From Heterodontus francisci (lineage: Eukaryota), in assembly GCF_036365525.1 (NCBI RefSeq), contig NC_090400.1, positions 61,290,209 through 61,354,208 on the forward strand: a stretch of 64,000 nucleotides of DNA, written 5' to 3'. Both the position numbers and the translations under genes were made by a program. Of this stretch, positions 47,206-59,099 are shown in pieces. Under the pieces are notes generated by a model. The model did not search any database and was not told where the DNA came from. It saw nothing but the letters and a program-made list of their open reading frames with translations. Numbering within the stretch: position 1 is the stretch's first letter; the number at the start of each line of letters is the position of its first letter.

Positions 47206-48619
47206 TGATACTCTCTCTATGACTAAGTTTGGAGAGTGACGAATGTGACACCCTTATTCAAGATAGGGTATAAGGACAGTCCTAGCAACTATAGTTTAAT
47301 ATCAGTGGTGGGTAAGGTTTTGAAAACCATAATCAGGGAAAAAATCAACAGGCACTCGGAAAGGTTTGAGTTAATTAAGGATAGCCAGCACAGATTTGTA
47401 AAATGCAGATTGTGCTTGACTAATCTAATTGAAGTTTTTGGTGAAGTAACAGAGAAGGTTGATGAAGGGAATGCAATGGATGTTGTCTGTATGGATTTTA
47501 AGAAAGTGTTTAATAAGTTACCATATGAAAGGCTGGTTAACAAAATTGAGGCTCATAGAATCGGAGGGTCACTGACAGCTTGGATAAAAATTGGTTTAAG
47601 GTCAGAAAGCAGTGAGTCATGGTAAATGGTTATTTTTCAGACTGGAGGATGGTAGATAGTGGTGTTCCCCAAGGGTCAGTTCGAGGACCACTGCTTTCTT
47701 GATATAAATACATGACTTGGATATTGGAATACAGAGTAAAATTTCAAAATTTGCTGATACTGAACTTTGAGGTATGGCAAACAGTGAGGATGATACAAGT
47801 TGATTGCAACAAGACATAGGCTAGCAGAATGGGCAGGCAAGTGTCAGATGGAATTTAATACAGAGAAGTGTGAGGTGATCCAGTTTGGGCAGAAGGGGAT
47901 AGAGTGGCACAGTTCTAAAGAGTGTACAGGGACTGGGCGTAGATCCTTGAAGGTGGCAGAACGTATTGAGAGAATAGTTAACAAAGCATATGGGGTCTTG
48001 GGCTTCATAAATAGAGGTATTGCGTACAAAAGCAGGGAAGCTATGCTGAATCTTTATAAAGCTCTGGTTAGGCCACAAGAAGAGTATTGTTTCCAGTTCT
48101 GGTCACCACACTTCAGGAAGGATGTGAGGCTCCTTAAGAGGGTGCAGAGGAGATTTACCAGAGTGTTTCCAGGGGATTTTAGCTACAAGGGTTAGGTTGG
48201 AGAATCTGGAGTTGTTCTCCTTGGAGCAAAGGAGATTGAGAGGAGATTTGATTGTGGTGTACAAGGTAATAGGTTTAGACAAGGTAGATAAAGCAAAGCT
48301 GTTCCCATTAGCTGATCATACAAGAGATAAGGGACACAGATTTAAGGTTTTGTCAAGAGATGTAGGGGGGGTGCGAGGGAGAACTTTTTATGCAATGAGT
48401 GGTAATGACCTGGAACAAGCTGCCTATGAGGGTGGTGAAAGCAGAGATGATGAATGATTTCTAAAGGAAATTGGATGGGCACTTGATGGAAATAAACTTG
48501 CAGGACTACAGGGATAGTGAGGGGGAATGGGACTGATTGGATTACTCGACAGAGAGCCGGCATGGACTCGGATGTACTGAATGGCCTCCTTCTGTGTCGT
48601 TAGGACTCTGACTATGGGA

Positions 48620-50190
48620 ATCTCAGTTTTAAAATTAACAATTGATCTGGCATCAATTGCCATTTGCAGAAGAGAATAGCAAATTTCTACTGTCCTTTGC
48701 ATGAAGTTGTTTCCAAATTTCGCTCCTGAAAGATCTGGCTTTAATTTTTAGACTCCTCGTCCTGGACTCCCCAACTATTGGAAATAGTTTCTCCCAATCT
48801 ACCCTATTGTTCCTCTTAATATCTTGAAGACTTTGATCAAATAAGCCCTTCAGCTTCAAATTCCAGGGAATACAACCCTAGTTCGTGTAATTTCTGCTCA
48901 TCATCTAACCGTTAGAGTCCAGTTATCATTCTAGTAAAGCTATTCTGCACTTCCCCCACCAAGTCCAGTAGATCCTTCCGAAGGCCCAGAACTGTTCACA
49001 ATACTTCAGATGTGATGGAACCAGGGTTTTGTATACCTGAAGTATGACATCTACCTGCTTGTATTCTATTCATCTCGATATAAAGGCCAACATTCCATTA
49101 GCCTTTTTGATTATTTTCTGTACCTGTTCATGACATTTTAATGATCTATGTACCTGGACCTAAAGCTTGAGGAGAATGAGAAAATAAGTAAAAATGTTAA
49201 GAGCAGGATAAGGAAAGCCAAGAGGGATTGTGAGAAAAATGTTCAAAAAATTAAAAGGAGTAGTGAAGTACTTTACAAACACATCATAAAGAGAATTGTT
49301 AAAAGCCAAATGTGACATGAGAGGAGAGGATTATTAATTTGTAGATGAATGATCAAAATATGGGAGAGGTATTTAGTAAATGCTTCATATCAGCCTTTAC
49401 TAAAGAGAAGGATATTGGAGACGAGGTAAATCCTGAAGTGGTTGCAAGTGAGATGAGCAATATAATAACAGATAAGAGAAAAATTTTGAATAAATTCGAT
49501 AGACAAAGTACTAGGGCCCAGACTGGGACAGGAGTGGAGAGTGGTTAATGTTGTCCCATTTTTTTAAAAAAGAGAGGCAGAGCTGATCCAAGTAATCACA
49601 GGCCTGTTAGTTTAATATCAGGAATAGGGAAGAATTTAGAGTCTGTAATTAAAGATGAATTTACCAGGTATAAAGATTAATAGAAAATAGCTAGAAATAT
49701 CCAACAAGGATTTTAAAAAGGATATTTTTGCTTGGCAAACTTCATAAAATTCGTTGGTGAGTTAACAGACGTCGTGGATGGGGGAATGCAGTGGATGCAC
49801 TGTACATGGATCTGAAAAATTGGGGAGTTTTCATTGAAATTACAGAACAATATCTCAGAAATGTTTAAAATGATAAAAGGATGGTCAGGGGAGATAGAAG
49901 CAGACTATTTCCAGTCATTGAGGGGACTCGAACAAGGAGCCATAGGTACAGTTAAATGTAAGAGATTTAGAAGACAGGGCAGGAAAAACATTTTACAGAG
50001 AGTTGTGGGGCTGTGGAGTTCATTTCCGGTGTTGATGGTTGAATCACAAGCTATGCCAATATTCAAGAATTGATTTGAGAGGTGGATAAAGGAAAAGAGT
50101 TTGAAGGGATATTGGAACAGGGTGGATAAATATGATTCGGACAATTTACTCACATTGGAGTGACAACATGACCTGTTTCCTGTTGTGACT
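48620..50190. mobile_element. Old CR1 fragments (48620-49162 minus; 49165-50190 plus, heavily decayed)
   Basis: EKLFPIVGESRTR; CFISAFTKE; remnants of QGF..CL.NFIKF; LQRVVGLWSS. Confidence 0.7.
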
Positions 50191-50464
50191 TGTGTGTCTG
50201 TGCAAGCTCTTTGCTAGAGCAATCCAAAAATTAATTCCACTGTTGTCCTTTCTCCCCATAGTTCTATATCTTCCTTTGCTTCAAATCTTTATCTTGTAGG
50301 GAGCTATAAAAGATAGTTAATGAGATATGGAAAGTAAACTCAAAACAATGCTTTGATACACCAACACAGCAAGACTTGAGTGCAAAAGTCAGGACTGTGA
50401 AGGGCAAGTTGAGGATAAGCTTTGGGAGGATTTTTTTTTTAAACAGAGAGTGGTCAGCAGTTTA

Positions 50465-50600
50465 GATTTCTCTCTCCTCTGTCCCCTACTGTCACGTGCT
50501 TCTCTTTTTTTTCTGCTCCCTATCTTTCTCTCCCTGCCCCCTACACACTCACTCACTCTCTCACTCTCTCTGTCCCCCTCTATCTTTCTCTCTTTGCTTT
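50465..50600. repeat. CT-rich low-complexity tract
   Basis: Degenerate (CT)n visible. Confidence 0.7.
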
Positions 50601-51779
50601 GTTTTATACTGGTGTGAAAAAATCCCCATGATTTCTATACAGTTATTTGAAATAAAAAGCAAGCATTACGGTTTCAGAATTAGTGCTGTATGTAGTCAGC
50701 ATTTTGCAGGAGTCTGAGTGAACCTATGTCAGCACCCTCCTGACTAGAAAAAGCATGCACAAATGACTTAATGTCTGTGCCCCTGGCCTAAGGTCAAGCC
50801 TGAGATTCTGGTTTTGTGGTCACAGATCATGCTAATGTCAAGTGGCTGACAAGCAGTATGATAATAGGTGGTTAAAATTAGAGAAAGGAGGAAGTTGATG
50901 CTATTGTGGAAATGCTTTTCAGTTTCCTTTTTGCGACTTAAACCTTCTTCCAGAGTTACTGCTCAATCATTTTACTGTTCCTCTCGCTTGACGTAGATGG
51001 CACGTAGCATCTTTACTGGTGCGTGCATTTGGACCAACTTGTGACCATCCCTGTGGCTCCTGATGCTTTCCCCAGCCCAATCTCAGCTGTCCCCCTGGTA
51101 GCCTCAATCCTGTTTGACACGTTTCTCATGAGCCTTTTGGCATTTGACCAACAATGTGGTTTCTCCACTTCCCCCGCCCCCCCCCGGCTTAATGTTCTGG
51201 TTTCCTCCCCAAAACACTAGGTAATAGCGGCTGACTGCAAGAGGGTTACAGTGCTAAAGTACTTCCTGGAAGCTCTGTGCGGCCAAGAAGAACCTCTGTT
51301 GGCATTCAAGGGTGGAAAGTATGTGTCAATGGCACCCATCCCAGACAGCCTGGGAAAGGAAGATGGAAGCCAGCAGGGAAAACAACTGGAGGATCAGGTA
51401 TAGTACACAAGAGGATTTTTTTTCGTTCCATTTCCTGAAATTCCACTGCTGCTACGAGATCCATATGCTGTTTTCTATTTCACTTTTTAATGGATGATTT
51501 AATGGAGCTAACCTCGGAAAGGTCAAGGTTCAGGAGTAGGATAAAGTTTATAGCTGTGGCACTGATTTCACAGGGGGCCTCGCTTGGAGCACTGATACAG
51601 GAAGAGACAAACTCATTGGTTTGTGTGGAAAATTGAACAGCAGCCCACATCCTGATATGATTAGGGATTTTGCTGGTGTTCTTGCTTTTTCATATGCTCC
51701 CTTAAAGCTGCACTATCCCCAGTCCTTTGTTCAGTAAATTCTCTTCTCCTTCAGAACCAATTCATCACGTGGATGCATG

Positions 51780-53118
51780 AACATATCAACATACGAATTA
51801 GGAGCAGGAATAGGCCACTCGGCCCATTGAGCCTGCTCCGCCATTCATTAAGTTCATGGCTGAACTGATTACTCCACATTTCCACCTACCTCTGATAACC
51901 TTTCACCCCCTTTTTTCTCAAGAATCTATCTACCTCAGCCTTAAAAATATTCAAAGACTCTACTTCCGCTGCCTTTTAAGGAAGAGAATTCCAAAGAGTT
52001 ACGACCCTCTGAGAGAAAAAATTCTCCTCCTCTCTGTCTTAAATGGGCGACCCCTTATTTTTAAACAGTGACCCCTAGTTCTAGATTCTCCCACAAGAAG
52101 ATACATCCTTTCCACATCCACCCTGTCAAGACCCCTCAGGATCTTATATGTTTCAATCAAGTCACCACTTACTCTTCTAAATTCCAGTGGATACAAGCCT
52201 AACCTGTCCAATCGTTCCTCGTAAGACAGCCCACCCATTCCAGATATTATTCCAGTAAACCACCCCTGTACTGCCTCCAACGCATTTACATCCTTCAATA
52301 AATAAGGAGACCAGTACTGTACAGAGTACTCCAGATGTGGTCTCACCAATGCCCTGTATAGCTGAAGCATAACCTCCCTGCTTTTGTATTCAATTCCCCT
52401 CGCAATAAATGATAACATTCTATTAGCTTTCCTAATTATGTGCTGTCCCTGCATACTAACCTTTTGTGATTCATGTACTAGGACACCCAGATCCCTCTGC
52501 ATCTCAAAGCTCTGCAATCTCTCATCATTTAGATAATATGCTTTTTTATTCCTGCCAAAATGGACAAATTCGTACTTTCCCACATTATAGTCCATTTGCC
52601 AGGTCTTTGACAACTCACTTATCCTATCTATATCCCTTTGTAGCCTCTTTATGTCTTCTTCACAAGTTACTTTCCTACCTCTCTTTGTGCCATCAGAAAA
52701 TTTAGCAACCATACCTTCGGTCCCTTCATCTAAGTCATTTATATGAATTGTAAAAAGTTGAGGCCCCAGCACAGATCCCTGTGGCACACCACCCGCTACA
52801 TGTTGCCAACCATAAAATGACCCATTTATGCCTACTCTCTGTTTCCTGTTCTATCTTCTAATCTTCTATCCATGCCAATATGTTACCCCCTACACCATGA
52901 GCTTTTATTTTCTGCAATAACCTTTGATGTGGCACCTTATTAAATGCCTTCTGGAAACCTATGTACAGTACATCCATTGGTTCCCCTTTATCCACAGCAC
53001 ATGTTACTTCTTCAAAGAAGTCCAATAAATTGATTAAACATGATTTCCCTTTCACAAAACCATGTTGACTCTGCCTGATTACCTTGAATTTTTCTAAATG
53101 CCTTGCTATAACGTCTTT
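51780..53118 (-). mobile_element. CR1 RT to 3' tail
   Basis: ORFs 51999-52787 ([15 protein letters not shown]) and 52858-53055. Confidence 0.92.
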
Positions 53119-53419
53119 GAGCTTGTGCGTCCGTCAGATAGATCAATGAGGAGCTGAATCAAATGCTTTCTGTCATGGCCCTGTTTATTAATGGACTGAA
53201 TAGTCTACATAAACAAATTCCTGACGGCCTTTGTGTTTTTCCTTTTTGATGATATCTCCGGTTGATGGGCTGCCATGTTGGTTATCAATGCCTGTCTGCA
53301 CTGCAGTAACTAAGGACTGAAACCAGTACCCACCTTCTCTTGCCCTTCCCACTCCCACCCTATAGATAAAAGTTCTTACATGGTGATCAAATATATGATA
53401 ATTGGATATGGTAATTTGA

Positions 53420-53610
53420 GGGAACATAGGAACAGGAGGACGCCTTTCAGCCCATCGAACCTGTTCCACCATTCATTTCGATCATGACTGATCCGTACCT
53501 TAACCACATTTACCCACCTTTGTTCCATATCCCCTGATAGCTTTACCAAACATAAATCTATCAATCTCAGTATTGAAAGCTCCAATTGCCTTCCCCAGCA
53601 TCCACAGCCT
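53420..53610 (-). mobile_element. CR1 3' tail fragment
   Basis: gaacataggaacaggaggacgcctttcagcccatcgaacctgttccaccattc. Confidence 0.75.
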
Positions 53611-53869
53611 TCCTTACATCCAACTGCTGATTCCTGTATTTTACCACTGTGGATTCAGCAATGTTTAACAGCTGGTGAGCTCAACAGAAGCCCAAGTGTA
53701 TTAGAAAATCAGTTCCAATCTCATTACAGACAAGGTGCCTGCTCCATAACTCTGTGGTTGTACATTTGTGTGCTACCTCTGTTAATCTCTCCAACCTGCC
53801 AGTTGACTATAATGGGCTGAGACCAACCAACTCTACCTCACCACCACCTCTCTTGACCCCTCCACTGTC

Positions 53870-54085
53870 TATAAATTGTCAGACTGCTGGCTCCATAGTA
53901 TTGGATGAGCAGAAAATTCTTCCAAGTATTGGGAAGACCAAAACCTTGACTTGGTCCCCACCAATCCATTCCTCTCCCTGGCAACTGTCTGAGGCTGAAC
54001 CAGTGTTCACAACCTTGGTATTATATTGGACCCTGCGATGAGCTTCCAACCACAGATCCATGCCATCACTAAGACCACCTATTGC
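53870..54085 (+). mobile_element. L2 RT fragment
   Basis: Reverse-complement similarity to 21960-22200 (SFQPQIHAITKT). Confidence 0.7.
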
Positions 54086-54089
54086 ACCT

Positions 54090-54375
54090 GTCAGGCGTGG
54101 AAGTGCTTGGGCGTGTGCATGTGTTCTGGATTTGGGTGTTGGGGGTGTGGTTGTGGGAGTGTGCGCATTGGGGCAGGATGTTTACACGTGTCGGGGGCGT
54201 GGCAGTGGGTGTGCGAGCGTGAGGGGCTGGGGGTGTTGGTGTGTGCATGTGTGCCGGGCAGAGTGTGCGTGCGCACGTGCTGGGGCAGGGTGTGTGCGCG
54301 CGCCTGTTGGGGGCATGTGTCATGCGGGGGGGAGGTGTGGCGGGGTGGGTGGTGGGCGTGTGTGTCAGTGTGTGA
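54090..54375. repeat. GT/G-rich low-complexity tract
   Basis: Degenerate (GT)n/(GC)n with G runs. Confidence 0.8.
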
Positions 54376-54389
54376 CCATAGGAGCTGGT

Positions 54390-54540
54390 CATTAAGATCC
54401 TTTGTGGTTGAGTAGCTTGCCGGCTCTTACCATCTGGTCTCACTTGAAGAATGGCTGTCTGGGAAATGTATCAAGAGGCTGACAGGTGCCTCTAAAACTG
54501 CCCCAGTAAGAGTCACCATTTAAAGATAAAATGAGGAGGA
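54390..54540 (+). mobile_element. LF-SINE-like 3' fragment
   Basis: gtggttgagtagcttgcc...tctcacttgaagaatggc...ccccagtaagagtcacc; colinear with 56620-56750. Confidence 0.55.
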
Positions 54541-55144
54541 TACTAGTTCTAAAAGTTTGATGACTAGTTGGCAAAGAGAAGTCTGGAAAGTACCACATTA
54601 CCAAGGGAACATTCTTTTGTTTAGTGAATGTTGCCAACAAATACTTAGCATCTGATTCAAGTCCTGAGAGGATTTTGCAATTAAAACAATATATTAACAG
54701 AACTAAGGTAAGATGGCACAATTTGTATTTGGCAGAAAGGCACAGTGACACTATCTGATCTTTTCCACAATCCGGTTTGCTTGGTTATTGGCTCACAGAT
54801 CTACAGTACAACAGGTCTTAAAGCTACTCTCAGAAAGGCAAGGATCTCCATGTGCTGCCAGAAAATGATGCAAGGAGCCAACATTTCTCAACTTTTTGGA
54901 GATGTCACTGTAGGAAATAAAACCCATTTATTCTAAATCTTTCAGCTCTTTTTTATTTTAAAACAGTGACAGCTGGTCCTCTCTAAAGACTGAGCGCATC
55001 TACTCAGGGCAGCTACACTAAATCTTTAGCACATCCTATTGGAGTATCACACAGGCACTCAAAAGTTTTCTCAGGTACCTATTTCACCTATCTTGTAGGG
55101 ATGAGACTTATAGTCTGCCTCACCTTGCCAATTTTTATTTAATT

Positions 55145-55445
55145 TTCTTTCTCCCTAAAGTGCTGACTCTCGCTGAGGTACTGGTTTCACAGGCACCGCT
55201 GACCATTCTTGTGTGAGCCTTGATTGTAAATCTTGGTACGCTATTTAACTGCGAAGGACATCACAACTGCCTGATCCTGTCCTCACCTGGCATCTGCTTT
55301 TCATGGGCTGCCAGCAGTGGTCTGTGGATAGCAGTCAGGGGTGGGCATCCTTGCCTGGGGATCTGAGAGCACTTATCACACTGCTGCCACCACCCTAGCT
55401 CACTCAGCAATGGAACCTAGGACCCTTTTAGTATGTTCAGTTCCA
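55145..55445 (-). mobile_element. LF-SINE-like element
   Basis: Reverse complement contains ggtgaggacaggatcagg...tgtgatgtccttc...aggctcacacaagaatggtc...gagtcagcac, as I recall from the LF-SINE consensus. Confidence 0.65.
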
Positions 55446-56409
55446 CACTGTGTAATACATTACCAACTCAGCAAGTTTTTCACTTTAATCCTTGCCTCAT
55501 CTTTCCAGTTCATTTTACTGTTACGGAGGCTTACCTCAATATAGTGTTCTTGAGCAGATGGAAGATGGTGGCTTCTGTCACTAAGTTGCTGTCTGTGTAG
55601 CTGGCAGAAGGTACCAATGCTGACTGGTTCTCTTCTCCCTCCACTCTAAACAAAACATCTGATGGGTATCAGTGTTCCAAGGTAATGAGCCAGATGCCAG
55701 TGTTAACAGGGGATATACATGGCTGGTGGAATTGGCACTGTACTGCATTGTTGCTCAGAAGCTGTCAATGCTGCACATGTCCATAACCCATCTGATGTGA
55801 AACTTGCAGAGAAAACTCAATGCTCTGAGCCTGCTGGTACCTCTCCAGCCAAGGGTTTATACCATCTGAATCCAATATCAACAGTGCATAAATGTGGCCT
55901 TGGGCAGACACCAGCAAGTCTGCTGTTCAGTTATTTAAGTTCAAACTCCTTTCATTACCACAATGTCTTAATAGTGGAATACTCCAGTAAACCCTCAAAC
56001 CTAAATCACTAATGACAAATGCTTTAAATTCTATCCAGTAATGAACCTTGATTAAAATTATAGTGATCAGAGCTTTAAATGTCCCGATTATCTAACTTCT
56101 GTTTTATTGCTAAATTACATTGCTTCTCTCCCCCTGCACAGCTTTCTGTGGACTGCTGATTTGATGAGGTCATGCATTGTGCCTCATTCTGCTGCTTGTC
56201 AGCTCCTTACATTACCTGGACAGCATACAGCACACTACTATGGAGCACTTCAGACTGGGCAGTGCAGCTTAATGTATAGACTCTGGTTTTTGATCCTTAA
56301 CGTTGGGTTTTAATGTGGGATTTCTTAGCAGTGAGAATTTTCTACCGTTTATTTTTGAAATGTTACCACTTCCTCACGATTGCTGACGTCACAGAAATGT
56401 TAGCATATG

Positions 56410-56755
56410 ATCTTGGTACTGAACAGTGCCGACTAGGAAGGTCCCAGCTTCAAACCCTGCTATGTGCTGACCTAGCTGATGTCAAGGAGCAGCAGTAGAG
56501 ACATGAAAATTTGCCTAAGCACTCCTGAGAGCAAAATCAGCCTAAGTTACCACTCCTGATTGCTATCATTTCCCCTTGCTGAGTAGTGTTTGAGTTGTTG
56601 GCTGAAGACTCCGTCCCATGACCAAGCAGATTGTCAGTACTTATTGTCTAGGCTTCACACCTGCAGAAGAGCGACTTGAGATGAGAAGAACACCCAAGCC
56701 TGTGAAATTGTACGCTGGCCTGAGTCACCATCTACAAATAAGGAGAAAGCTGGGG
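56410..56755 (+). mobile_element. LF-SINE-like element, near full length
   Basis: ggtactga...aggaaggtcccag..tgtgctgacctagctgat...aaaatcagcc...ctcctgattgctatc...tgtctaggcttcacac...gagtcacc. Confidence 0.7.
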
Positions 56756-57660
56756 GTAGAAACTAGTATGCAGAGTCTTGGGTTTGCATTGTATTTTATA
56801 CAAAAACCTTTGAATTTTTTTTCCTTACTGCTGGTTAGTGGCCTTTATGAATACAGCATTTGCCATAAACACTATCGATTCCTAGCAGTACAGTTAATAT
56901 TGCACCAGTTGTTTCTCTCAAATTAATGTGCTGTGGCACAGAGTAAGACCCAGAACTTTGCTTCCCTGGCCAGAGTAGTGCCCAGAGACACTATCTGCAC
57001 AGCAAATTCCCTTAGTGAATCATTGATAATTGTGCAGTGGTGTGAAGGATTAAAAAAAAACAGTTTTTCTACTTATGAAATGAAAGATGTGATGATCTAG
57101 TCCTGACTTTTCGCACAGGCAATCTGTGTTGCACAAAGTCAGGTGGGGTACTTGGACGCAGTTCCTCAAGGCTGTGGTGCCAACCAGTAGTGGGGTGACA
57201 GTGGAACAGATGTGATCTCCTTCCCTTGTGAAGGCAGTGATTGCCATTTGTGTCATTGGTTACCCAGTCGTGCAGCTTTGCCTCTCTGACCAGAGGTACA
57301 TTATGATGGCGCAGAGCCATGTTCTGAAGTCTGCCTAAAGCATGGTAGAGAACTGATGGAAGTTATCCAGCAGGCAAGGCGTGTTCAAATATCAGTCATC
57401 ATTAGGATTTGGATTTGGAAATCTGCTAGGTTTGGAGTTTACTAGAGCTACCAGACTGCCTTGGTAATCCATGTTTATCTAGATTTCTGGCAGCTTCTAT
57501 TCTTATCAAGGCATTATTAATCAGTGAGGCATGAATATGACATGGCTTGTGTCTGTGTTCCTGAGCTTTTGTTTAATGTATGGGGCTGAATATTGAAGAT
57601 GGCAGCGCCTTGCTGTATCTTGTTAGTAGCAGTCTCATTTTTCACTGTTCCTCACTTCAG

Positions 57661-57836
57661 TTCTGTTGCCAACCATTTGTGCGCAGGAAGAAGATGTCAT
57701 CATTGAAGAATACGAGGGACAAAGCTCTGAGCCTGAAGGCAGCGGAGGGGAAGATGATATAAAGGAATTGAGGGCAAAAAAGCAAGCACTGACTAAAAGA
57801 TTTGCCGAGCAGCAGCGCAGGCAGGAAAAGATCCAG
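57661..57836 (+). CDS. Internal coding exon (176 nt; phase 1 in, phase 0 out) of an unidentified host gene; acidic segment followed by a predicted coiled coil
   Basis: Acceptor ttttcactgttcctcacttcag| and donor CAG|gtac. Open frame LLPTICAQEEDVIIEEYEGQSSEPEGSGGEDDIKELRAKKQALTKRFAEQQRRQEKIQ, with protein-like composition that ends exactly at the donor. Confidence 0.85.
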
Positions 57837-58534
57837 GTACCCAAGGCTCTTCATTGGGGAAAAAAAACTTTCCATCTTTTTTTTCTTTCATTTCTGTCAG
57901 CCTTGAACAGGAGCCAGAAGCATCTGTCTAGCCATATGCTTCAAACTCTTGTGCTATGCAGGGCTGGTTATAAAATAGGCAAACCAAAGACCCTTTTGGG
58001 AAAATGCACATGTGTGCCCTCGAGGCTTTGGCTTTGGTCCTGAACAGACTCGAGTTATTTTTCCAAACCCAGCTTAACCTTTTGAAAGTAAGATAAATGT
58101 TTTAAAATGTTAATATCAACAGCTTCAGATGCTTTCTCCTAGATTTATCCATTCAGAAAAAACATGTTTTCAGACAGCTTCTCCCAACGATTCATTTATT
58201 AAAGTTAGTTACATGTTTTTTCATTTCTAACTCCTTGCTCAGGATCCAGCGTCTCGTATTAAAATCATTAAAATCAATCACTGACTTTGTTAACCTGTGC
58301 ACCAGCTAGAACTGATTTCTTATTTATGAAAGGATTAGTTCCAGCTTTAGTTCCATTAACTCTTTAGATGCTGAAATTTCAGTCCCATCACATTACAACC
58401 AAACTCTGCTACATTTCCTTTATTTAATTCATTACGGACAGATCTTAACGACAAGACCATGGTCCCGAGAGGTCTCAGGTAAGAGTGCTAGGGTGGTGGC
58501 AGTGGGGGCAGATAGAGTTCCTTAGAGAAAAGAA

Positions 58535-58685
58535 ACAAAAGACTTGCATTTATATAGTGCCTTCACAACCTTATTACATCCCAACACGCTTTACAACCAA
58601 TGAAGTACTTTTGAAGTGTAGTCACTGATGAACTGTAGGGAACATGGCAGCCAGTTTGCACAAAGCAAACTCCCACAAACATTGT
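58535..58685 (-). mobile_element. DeuSINE-like 3' part
   Basis: gacttgcatttatatagtgcc...gaagtacttttgaagtgtagtcact...gcacaaagcaaactcccacaaac is the reverse complement of the 28945-29030 type sequence plus tail. Confidence 0.75.
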
Positions 58686-59099
58686 GTTTTTGTGCTTACC
58701 CAGTGTGTTACCTTGACAGCAGGAACCACTCAGATTCAGGTTATTCAGACACACATGCTTTTGAGTCCTGATTATGCAATCTCAATAGGACAATTTATAA
58801 GCATTACTACTTTATCTAGAATCTGACTTTCATATGGGGTGTGGTTATTGACTAAGGAAACCCACAAAATAAGTGTAACTAGAAGAGTTGCTACTTCACA
58901 CTTTGGAATTAAATTTCAGAATCAATTGTTGCCAGTACATTGAATGAGAACTCTGTCAAAACCATCAAAAAGGAAATGTACATATTCCTTGTTTAAAAGG
59001 GGACTAGAGGAATATGTGCAGCCTGACCATGGCCAGTTGTGGGAGGGTTCAGGTGAGAGGAAATTTAGGAAGTTTGAGAAAGTGCAAGGTAGTAATAAG

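Larger units (their letters stand above)
46240..48612 (+). mobile_element. CR1 ORF2 to tail, interrupted by two V-SINEs; preceded by a minus-strand CR1 tail (46125-46235)
   Basis: LHPRLLKEAGVEI, TNVTPLFK, CLTNLIE, MEFNTEKCEV, RRLRGDLI. Confidence 0.88.

Noticed and set aside
55690-55920. Possible very old LINE C-terminal remnant (KCG..QT-like)
   Set aside because: Too degenerate to assign from sequence alone.
58442-58478. 37-nt micro-exon with a strong CAG|GTAAGA donor
   Set aside because: The acceptor is weak, the length is frame-shifting and the peptide is unrecognisable. It cannot be supported without RNA data.
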